Of a stretch of DNA of 64,000 nt, positions 41,032-51,448 are shown in pieces. Location of the stretch: NCBI GenBank assembly GCA_002269645.1, contig NIVC01000037.1:620001-684000 (forward strand). Reading direction: 5' to 3'. The notes below the pieces were generated by a model that saw nothing but the letters and a program-made list of their open reading frames with translations, searched no databases and was not told the DNA's origin. Numbering within the stretch: position 1 is the stretch's first letter; each line of letters starts with the position of its first letter. The translations under genes and the position numbers were made by a program. The stretch is from Macrostomum lignano. Lineage: Eukaryota.

Positions 41032-41337
41032 CTGGGGCGCCATGGATTTCATGGTGGGGGGACAAAGCCAAGAGTTCTACATGATTAAATTCCTACATTG
41101 TTTAAGGAATCGGTGTTGTTAGCACTCATTTTGTCGCCGCAGGCACTCATTTGGCGCCACAGGCACTCATTTTGTCACTGCAGGCACTCATTTTGTCACC
41201 GCAGGCACTCATTTTGGCGCCGCAAGCACTCATTTTGTCACCACAGGCACTCATTTTAGCGCCGCAGGCACTCATTTTGGCGCTGCAGGCACTATGCTTT
41301 GTCCTGCCCCCTTCCCCCCCCGGAGGCGACGCACCTG
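41032..41337. mobile_element. Non-autonomous element with internal 21-bp tandem repeats
   Basis: About 8 copies of GCAGGCACTCATTTTGGCGCC (41119-41290) between GC-rich ends; related copy in opposite orientation at 35027. Confidence 0.45.
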
Positions 41338-41376
41338 TGTACCACCACCTCCTGCGGATTCAAAGATGCAGTTCCA

Positions 41377-42249
41377 GGCGTTTCCCTTCCGGCGTTTCCC
41401 TTCCGGCGTTTCCCTTCCGGCGTTTCCCTTCCGGCGTTTCCCCTTGCTGTTTCTTCTCTGGTTGAGGTTCCACTGACTGGGATTCCACTGACTGGGATTC
41501 CACTGACTGGGATTCCACTGACTGGGATTCCACTGACTGGGATTCCACTGACTGGGATTCCACTGACTGGGATTCCACTGACTGGGATTCCACTGACTGG
41601 GATTCCACTGACTGGGATTCCACTGACTGAGATTCCACTTACTGGGATTCCACTGACTGAGATTCCACTGACTGGGATTCTACTGACTGGGATTCCACTG
41701 ACTGGGATTCCACTGACTGGGATTCCACTGACTGAGATTCCACTTACTGGGATTCCACTGACTGAGATTCCACTGACTGGGATTCTACTGACTGGGATTC
41801 CACTGACTGGGATTCCACTGACTGGGATTCTACTGACTGGGATTCCACTGACTGGGATTCTACTGACTGGGATTCCACTGACTGGGATTCCACTGACTGG
41901 GATTCTACTGACTGGGATTCCACTGACTGGGATTCTACTGACTGGGATTCCACTGACTGGGATTCCACTGACTGGGATTCTACTGACTGGGATTCCACTG
42001 ACTGGGATTCCACTGACTGGGATTCCACTGACTGGGATTCCACTGACTGGGATTCCACTGACTGGGATTCCACTGACTGGGATTCCACTGACTGGGATTC
42101 CACTGACTGGGATTCCACTGACTGGGATTCCACTGACTGGGATTCCACTGACTGGGATTCCACTGACTGGGATTCCACTGACTGGGATTCCACTGACTGG
42201 GATTCCACTGACTGGGATTCCACTGACCGGGATTCCACTGACTGGGATT
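41377..42249. repeat. 14-bp repeat (about 5 copies) followed by 15-bp minisatellite (about 52 copies)
   Basis: GGCGTTTCCCTTCC, then GGGATTCCACTGACT; source of the GIPLT and ESQSV ORFs. Confidence 0.98.
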
Positions 42250-42630
42250 TCTCTAAGCTACGTCAGCCTTATGTACACTGTTTATACCGGACTCAGAGCA
42301 GCTTCATACTCAATCACTGTACGACTCAACTCTTCTCCATTCATCATATAAACTGTCTACTCGCAGTATCTCAACCTAGATTAAAAAATCAATTGCTCAT
42401 CTGTTTTATTTATTTAAGCATGCTCTGTTCTGCCTCTTCGCATCCTACAATTACTACTTCGAAAGTAGAGTAAGCAAAAGACGATAGTTGTGCATTGCAG
42501 GTGCGTTTTAATGCTGCTAAATTCTCTAATAGTGGGCAAATAGAGCCCTTTGTGTATTTTGTGCCTGCGCATTTTTTAAATTGAAGCTAACAAAAATTCT
42601 CTAATTAACAGCAGCAACTCTGTCTCTCAG

Positions 42631-42946
42631 AAACTAAAGCTACTCTCGCTGTTAACTAAAGCTACTCTCGCTGTTAACTAAAGCTACTCTCGCTGTTAAC
42701 TAAAGCTACTCTCGCTGTCAACTAAAGCTACTCTCGCTGTTAACTAAAGCTACTCTCGCTGTTAACTAAAGCTACTCTCGCTGTTAACTAAAGCTACTCT
42801 CGCTGTCAACTAAAGCTACTCTCGCTGTTAACTAAAGCTACTCTCGCTGTTAACTAAAGCTACTCTCGCTGTTAACTAAAGCTACTCTCGCTGTTAACTA
42901 AAGCTACTCTCGCTGTAAACTAAAGCTACTCTCGCTGTTAACTAAA
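42631..42946. repeat. 22-bp minisatellite, about 14 copies
   Basis: AACTAAAGCTACTCTCGCTGTT. Confidence 0.97.
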
Positions 42947-43129
42947 ATCTACTAAAGTCTAAAATCTAAAGTCTAGAAGCTACCAATCGAAAGTATCACC
43001 AAAGAAAATCGTTAATTACCAAGCATTTGCTCTTCAACAGTTCAATAATTAAACTGAGTTTGTCTTCCGCTCCCTCAGTTTCAGGACTTCAATCGCTCCA
43101 GCGGCGCACGCGATTCGCTTTGAACCTGG

Positions 43130-46100
43130 CTAGTTGCCACTGGTTCTCTCGGCATTAGCGGGGGTGCCCGGCATCGCAAACGTGTTCATGGCGTTGGTGA
43201 CGTCATCAACTTTCGTGGGCCCGTGTTGGATTAAAAGAATCATCTGAAAAATGGAATTGAAACCTGCATGACATTCTGAAAGCTGAGAGCCCGATGATTC
43301 GTCCGTAAATGACTACATTGAGCTTCAATGGCACCACCTTGCTGCCGAACACGAACAGCAGAGTGGTAGTCGAGCAGATGATGATGCACACGACAACCAG
43401 CACGAATCGAAGCGTGGCCTGGCTGTTGGGCAGGACGTAGCTCAGCGACACTCCGATGGCGGCCATGATGAGCGTGTTGTACACGCAGATGCCGATCTGC
43501 TTGCTGTCGTTTAGCGCCTCCACCTTTATTTTGCGAGTCTCCCAGGCGAAGAAGATGCCGAAGATGAGGATGAGACCTGCAATGCAGTGAAAAAACGAAA
43601 AGTTGAACCTGAGATTTCTGGAACTCGGTAATTAGCCATTCTATCAGGACTGGTTAGGACTAATTTTGAGAGTCAACCTGATCATAGCTCTGCTATGAGG
43701 CCGATACATGTAGTTAAAACTGCTTCTAGTTGGTAATTTGCTCAACTAGTATCCCCATAGTGCAAAGCTTTGGTAGTCCGAAGGGTGACATAATGAGCGC
43801 CGTGATAAAGAAGAAAAATGACATAATGACATGCGGCTGCCTGGTGTAATAACCCGCTGAAAAACCACCTGGATAAGCAGGCGAAAGCCTTCATCGTTAG
43901 AAACGCAGTCTTACTGACGAGCCGGTACAATAGACTTCACCTTTAATGCCCAGAAGAATTCCATCCCATATGGCGGCCATTCTAGACCGGCAAGCTTCAA
44001 GGCGCGGCTTGTAGATTATTCCGAGTTCAGGGTTCTCCTTAAATTTGTTGCGTGCGTTGTTTCAGAAATTGCGGTGCTTTTCTTTTAACTAAATTTCTGA
44101 AGACTTTTAGGTACGTACCTCCGGTGGATACAAGTGCACTTGAATATGAATTGAATCCAAGACAGACCAAAGGATGAGAACAGCGGCGTCAAGCAGGAGA
44201 AGAATGCCAACAACGGAGAGTAAGTGCCAGTCTTTTATTGACTGCAAATTGAAAGCAAAAATCTTCTCCAGAAGTTAGCCATAAAAATTTTATGCTCGAA
44301 ACAATTGCTCAAGACTGGTCTGGGAAAGGTCAACCACTCACCACTCGCTTGAGGCGCTTGTTGGTGAAGATGACGTGCACCCGCCACGTCTTGGCGAACA
44401 TGGCCCCAAACGCACACGAGTATCCAGCAGCCAGACAGCAGGTCTGAGTCCAGCACAGAGACACCCCCGTGAAGCTGCCGCCATTCAGAGCCATCGCGAT
44501 GCAGCTGCAGTAGCCGAGCACACAGCCGAGAGCGATCACGAGGTTCACGTTCGGAGAGCTCATCTTGATCAGCTTCAGATTTCGGTACCACAGGTTGACG
44601 CACACCGACACGACAGCGAAGCCGATTCCCACTGCGCACAGGACGAGACAGGTGGTGCTGGCAGACTGGCTGACCATGATTCTCTCATTCAGCACCACCG
44701 GAGAGTCGATCGGAGGCTTGTCGCCAGCGAACTGCAGACTCTGCTTCCACACCGTGACGTTTGTAGCGGGGTCGAAGTTCGCGACAGGGACGGCTACATT
44801 GTCTGAGGGTTGAGGGGACAGTTTTAAGTGAGCCTTGCTAGGCTTGCATCGAGCTTTCTTTGGCATGGCAATGCGCTACAATAAGACTGTTACCTCGGAT
44901 TTGAAAGACCACGACCTGTCCGATGCGGTCTCCGTTCTTGTCGAACTGGACGGGGCCCTGAAAAAATATTTATTTTCACAGCTTCGACAGTTCTGAAACT
45001 TACATTCTTGTCGACTAGGATTCAGACCTTGGATTAGTGTATGAACTTAAGCGACAATTATAGCTCAATCTCTCTCCCGATTTCCATACATTGTTTTGCT
45101 CTTGTTTTCATTCCACATTGGTTTTTTATCACTATCATATTTCACGTACATGTAGCTCACTATACTATTGATCACTACAAAAAATCCATCCCAAGGGGTT
45201 TTTAGTCACCTCTACGCCATTGAATTTTTGTTTGCGAATATTCTGCAGTAGACTCGTTTTGAAGGAGTTGTTTCCAAGCTCCAGACGAGGGCTGTAGTTG
45301 TACAACTGCAGCGAATCGTTGATGGCGAGGGCAGCCGTTGTCAGTGTGTCGAACAGTCTAGCGGCCGTGTTGTTACCTGTGGTCCATTCCCCAAATGCCG
45401 CCTTGTAAGCTCCATAGATGTCATCCAGTGTCTAAAGCAAATCAAAGTTTCATTTGCAGGGTCAGACAGGCCAATATTTTTAATAACAGCTCCATTTTCC
45501 CGGATTTTCTGTCGATGAAACTAATTAAATATTCTAATATTTACTGTAAAAGGTAATGCTCATGCTGCCTTGGAGAAAAGACTCAATTGTTCCTTTGATA
45601 ATCTCACCACCGTCGTTTTGCTGGGTGGAGGCTTGTAGCTAGGGTCAGCCATTGCGGAGTCAAACAGTATGGCATTATGCACGGCAGTTTTCCTCATATC
45701 CAGTGTGCAGTCTCCCATCGCTGAGGTAGCTGGCAGGCCATGCCACCCACTGAAGATCCATTGGTACTTTGGTCCGTAGAGGCCGTGCTTGTAAATCTGT
45801 TGGTGACGAATATTTATCATCACCATCATAGATATCAACATCGAGAGTTTTGGAAAACGAATCGGAGTCTTCCAGCTGCGACTTACCTCGCATTCCAACG
45901 GCTGGGCTTCGATGGAACGGTACCGAAAAGCCACGATTATTCTCACATCCTCGTCCTGAAATCATTTCAGAAAATATATTGATGGAACTCAGTTTCAATT
46001 CATTGCAGAGGAAAATTTCCAGCCAACCATATTCGCCGTATGTCACTTATTCTTACTACCCTTAATACCTTTAAACGCTGGATAATCTCTTTCGTATCGC

Positions 46101-47416
46101 CAGTAAAAAGCGCCTTGTACAGGATCGAAATGTTTCGTTCGGCGATTAGAGTTTCAAAATTGACTCCAACCTGAAATATACAAAAAACTTTGCGTTTGTC
46201 GAGTAATTGCATGAATTTGATTCCCAGTTGACCTAGTCAGGCATATCTTGCTCAAACAAGCACGAAACAATAACTAGGCGCAACTGGACATCCACGACTG
46301 GCCAAGGAATAAAACAGTGTGGTGTCAAATCGCTTAAAGTTGAGGGTCCCTATAGTAAGTGCTTCAACCCAGCTTGGTCTGCAGTGGGTCAACGTAGCGA
46401 GCCACCCGTTCTGTCAGCATTAGGACGTCCCGCAGCGGCTCAGGGCAGTAAGGCTTGCTTATGGCCATGCTAAGTACACAACATTCAGCTGCGCCTCGTG
46501 CGCCTAACCAATATCACATCAGACACATCATCACGAACCGGGTAAATCTGGTCGGCCTCCGTGATCAACAGGCCAATCTTGTGCCACTTATGCTTCAGCA
46601 GGATCTGGACGATCTCCTCATTGTAGAGCCCGTGCGTCATAAACAGCCGACTGTAGGTTCGGTAGCGAGTCTTGTCCGACAGCAGCGGCGACGCGTTGGA
46701 GTAGGCCAGCTGAAATTAAACACTTGAAATGTTTCTTGAAAGCATACGATTCTCCCAGTGTCCGTGCATCCACCAGCTGCTTTTTGGAGGATGCGCAACC
46801 TTCATGGATTACAAAAGTTACTTTGTGAGCATATTATTCAACCCAAAGCTTATTATTTAAATTATGTATGTAGATGGGATTAATAAAATTCTTGAATTTG
46901 CACATAAAAAATATTTTTTGTTGAATTACAACAGCTCAGACAGTTTCAACTACTCACCATCGGCACATCGTAGAGCTTGCAAACGTCGGCCACGATCTGC
47001 GACTGCTGCGAATAAGTTATGCCAATAATGACAGCCTTGTTCGGCTCCTTGAAGTATCCATCTATGAACGCCTTGATGGCGCTGCCCGTGTCCTCCTAGA
47101 AAGTTTCGTGCTCATGAAATTTGAAAAAAGACAACGGAATTAAACAAAAAAATTCTGATCGATGATGCAACCATCTCACATCGATAGCGCACTGATGGTA
47201 AATCTTGAGCTTGAATGTCGGGAACATGTCGGTCAGGTTGTTGATCAGCGGTACGAAGGCCTTCAGCGCGAACTCAAAGAACTTGTGCTCACCAGTGACA
47301 GGGCTCACCGTGCAGATGTTAAGAAGAGCAACCTCGGTTCGATTATCTCTGGCGCAGCACAGAACTGTCAGATTGGCAGCTGCGCACACCTGGAGCAGGC
47401 AGCGCCAGAGTTGCAT
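43130..47416 (-). CDS. GABA-B-receptor-like class C GPCR, copy C (13 exons, about 741 aa)
   Basis: Exons 47416-47180, 47095-46958, 46709-46539, 46170-46069, 45955-45887, 45796-45608, 45431-45210, 44957-44894, 44802-44342, 44241-44119, 44037-43941, 43576-43338, 43243-43130. Same exon lengths and phases and same GABBR-type motifs as copies A and B. Confidence 0.9.
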
Positions 47417-47756
47417 GTCAACTGCAGACAGACACTTAATAAACAACTCTCGCTATGCTTGCAAATGAAGTAATTTAGTATCAATTCGCAGGATGGTCAG
47501 GCACCCAATGCTAAGACTTTTATAGGCAGTCCAGTGGAGAGAATTAATAGGATGGCTTGCATCACCACTATTGGATTAGGCAAGTACAGCCAGTCTAGAT
47601 AGGCCAGATATTTTTTAACCTGTCTAGTCAGGGAAAACATTAAGCACATGATTCCGACTATTGCGCATGCAAGGACCAACTAGAACTGCCGGACTATTGT
47701 CTGCACAAGATAGTAAACCTTCAAATAACAGTAGGAATACCAAGCCATTTTTCCAC

Positions 47757-48116
47757 CCGTCGAACTACCAAGAGGGGGGAATTCCCCCCCCCCCCGACAA
47801 TTGTTTTTGCTGCGCCGTATTGGAGCAACGCAGGTACACGAAATTCAAGAACACAGGCTAAATTTTTGTTGCGCACCTTCTCAAGCAAGAATCAAGTCGC
47901 CAGCCCTCCGGACTGAATACACTAGCGCTTATGGGAAAAATCCGACCTTCTGGCAGAATCGTCGAATATCTCGACGGTCCGGAGGGCTGGCGACTTGATT
48001 ATTGTTTAAGAAAGTGCGCAACAAAAATTTAGCCCGTGTTCTTAAATTTCGTGTATCTGCGTTGCTCCGTTCCGGCGCAGCAAAAAATTGTCAGGGGGCT
48101 CTTGGTAGTTCTACTG
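47757..48116. mobile_element. Foldback/MITE with about 150-bp inverted arms
   Basis: GAACTACCAAGAG...TTTTTGCTGCGCC...GGAGCAACGCAG.TACACGAAATT.AAGAACAC.GGCTAAATTTTTGTTGCGCAC...AATCAAGTCGCCAGCCCTCCGGAC is repeated in inverted orientation at about 47968-48114 around a spacer of about 60 bp. Confidence 0.8.
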
Positions 48117-51100
48117 TTACGTGTTAATTGAGAACCTACTAGATTATATTTTTCGAGCGTTTGTTTGAGCCTTCAAATACGAGCGTAGATTAGCCATAAA
48201 ACGCTAGTGCTGCATCCTTCCTCTTGTATTGGTCATTGTGTGCATAGTTCTAGTTACCATCGATATCCTGCCAAAGCAAAGGTTGTATAAAGTCATGCTT
48301 TCCCTGTGATTTCAACCAAATTATGATGGACCTATCTGATAATTATCATTAAACTTGTTTTAAGTTCAAAGCCGTCAAAGTATTCAATAAAGTGCAGTTC
48401 TTTATGCTCGCTGCCCTCTTTCATCTCACAGTCCCAGTTTCTGTGAATTTGTGCGGTACCAAACTGCCTGTGCATCCAGTCCGACAGACCTACATGTAGC
48501 AGTCCAAATCAAACAGAAAATATTCTCACATAAAAGTCTGACGGATAGAGTTTTTGAAACAAGCAATGAAAAGTCTGGCTTGAATAAATAAAGGAAAATC
48601 AAGTAAGTATTTCAATTATGTAAAAATGTCACATTCGGTAGTTTCATCGCAAATAGGGATTCCAAAATCCCGACAATTGACAATCCCGGGATTAAAAAAT
48701 CTCTCAAGTCCCAGGATTTTAAATCCCGAAAAAATCCCGGACTTGTGTAATCCTGGGATCCCGCTTAAAACCTTAGGGATCACATGATTGGAATCTCTTA
48801 GCGCAAATCAATATTTTTTCCGTGTTTGAGCTTCCAGGCTCAAAATAATATCAATAACAACGATATCCTTGGATCCTTGGAGCATAGTTGAGCCATGTTT
48901 AAGTCGCAACGATTGCTTCATCAAGTCTACGCATGTCTCAGCATCGGTCTCAGCATGTCTACGTTGACTGCTGAGACTGAGAGAGGGCCTCTTAGCCATT
49001 GCAGTGCCCGATTGAACTGTCCAATCGCAAAATGATGTTGCGGATGTGTCACCAAAAACCCTGGCGGGCAAAACGATGTCAAATCAGCAGCAGCAGCAGC
49101 CGAGTGCAGTTGTGGATGCTCCGGATTACAGTTTCAAAACCAACTTTTCAGATTTAAATGTACGAGGGGTGCGGAGCAGCTCAGTGGTACTCGTAATCGC
49201 GTCTACAACCGCTGGTTCGATTCGGTGCGCGGCCGCATTCATCTGGGGCTTGTGTGCACGAAAATTAGCCTTGGAGTTGACCGATTCACAGCTGTGAGGG
49301 TCAGCCACTAAGGCGCAGAGAGTGACATTGCCTGACGATTAGAAAGTCGGGGCAGAATTGCCGTCAACGCTGGTTGTGGGACGATGTCGCCGAAGACGTT
49401 TTGCCAGGGTGGCCGCAGCCCTCCTCCAATTATTATTGTCAGTATTATTCCACAATTACTGCTTATTAAACTGCAGTTCACATGTAAAATGATGGGGTAG
49501 GTTACTTAAAACTCCAGCTAGCTTGCACAGAGTATTCTTTGGCAAGCTCGCGCTGAAACTGAACGCAATAACCTGCAGCCTGTAGCTTGTATCCGAGATT
49601 GATACCGCAAGCGTGACATTTTTTTCGGGCAAAGAATCTCAAAGGTGGAGCTTGCAAAAAAGGGTGTCTTTTTTCATCAAATCAAAGGCGGTTCATTTTT
49701 TTCAAATAATGTTGCGTGCTTACTGACAACATCTTTGAGTTTAGTGAAGCGCATAGAAATTCGCCACACACGGTATATACGCTCGTAGTAGTGCCAGAGA
49801 CGACTCAAATATCAAATAGATTGTTGGAGGCTTTCGTGAGGCTTTTTTCTTTGCTTGATTTCACGGTCGGTTTATTGCAGAATTTCAGCGACATAGGACC
49901 TGATTAAAAATAGAATATCGGTTGTGCAGAACAAATTAAGATCTCCAATAAAATGTAAAGAGTTCTGAACGTTAGTCAGGCTGGTGATAAATCATTGATG
50001 GCAGGTTCCGTTGAAAATACAATCGCTACATGTCGATAGGTTGGTTTTCAGTGTTTTTAGTGCCCTTTCTGCGTGTTTCAAAGAAAAAAGGCAACGGAAG
50101 GCATTTAAATTATGTTTTAAGGCCACATCCGCATTGTCAATTCTTGCCTAACCATGCGCCTCGTGGCTGCCCTGTCACAAGCAGAATGAAAAATCAAAAC
50201 AATAGGAAAGAAGGGCCAGGTGAGAGAGAAGAGAGCTAAGAAGAGACGCAAACCTTAAGCTATTGTGAAGTTGCTATTGTGAAGTTTCAACAGGACCCGA
50301 AGGGCCGCGGATGGCTAAAGCTAAAGGAGAAGGATTCTGGTGCACTATACAGGCTTAAGTTGTTGATGTTACTAGGTCGGCATGATGAGGCCCGTTTGAA
50401 ACGGTGTGGGGGGGGGGCTACATTGCCCGATGCTCCCGCGTGCTGTACGCGTGCTAAAATCGATAAATGTACGGTTGCAGCCCTGCCCCACCACCCGCAA
50501 GGCCCAGTTGTTCGAATTTCACGGCTTGCGTTCACTAAGTGGGCAGTGGAGGTAGAGGCTCGGGTTGAGGGGCAGAGAGATAAGAGACAGGCTGCACAAT
50601 CTAGACCGCCAAACCCTTCCTACCACAAGCAGGCCAGCAATTCAGAGAGCATTGCTAATTATATCTTTACTTCTTTCTGCCCTTGCCTCTCTGACGTATC
50701 CAAGAGAAGGCTAGGGAAGGTTGTAAAAATATGAGAAGCTAAAAAAGCAACTCTAGCTGCAACAAGAATTGAAAGCATTGCAAAATTTGGTTGTTTTAGC
50801 TGCACTATGCTAGCAGCGATATTGACTTCACTTTGACTGCGTTCTTTGCCATTGCTTCTGACAGGTTTTCACGTGAGAACAGGTATTCATCTGACAGCTC
50901 TCGGTAAGTCTCTAAGCTCTCCCATGTTAGTCCATTTTTGTTCTCAATACGATGGGGATGTCAATACGCAAAGTCGGAGCTTATCATTACCCTTCACGGT
51001 TTCTCTTCCCATCTCACACTCTTTCTTCCTCGTTCTTCTTCGGCAGAGACCAAAGCGCTTATTCCTTTTGCCAAGCCTTAGGGACCAGGATCTGGTACTG

Positions 51101-51448
51101 GAAGTGTTTGGTTAATGCTTTTGAGCCGATGTACTCTTATGGCGCCTTACTTAAACGCTGTATCAACAAGCTCGCGCAGATGAAGCTTTAGTAGTTAAGC
51201 CCGACTGATAAGAGGCTGGGAAAAAAGATAAGACTAAGAGAGTATTGGCCCGACCGCGTCATACATGGCGGGCAGGGCAAACAGACTGGAGGAATAAATC
51301 CCCGTACCAATCGGCTCTTATTAAATCGGGGACCTACAATTCACTATCGTGCTCAGCTCACCTCAATATTAAGCAAAGTGACTAAACTCGACTCGACCAT
51401 CATACAGTACGAGCAACCTTTGCTGCAGTTGCATAACTCAAAGCAGCA

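Noticed and set aside
41299-42351. GIPLT and ESQSV repeat ORFs; NF-kB-like GGGATTCC array
   Set aside because: Pure 15-bp minisatellite; the unit does not complete the GGGRNWYYCC consensus and nothing supports coding or regulatory function.
30010-44813. Plus-strand ORFs repeated three times (30010, 37603, 44375 and 30260, 37838, 44565)
   Set aside because: Antisense shadows of the homogenised GPCR exon 9; their identity reflects DNA identity, not a separate gene family.
48890-49310. Possible exon MSNQQQQQPSAVVDAPDYSFKTN upstream of the ETS gene
   Set aside because: Short, no homology, and no convincing splice link to the 51449 exon.
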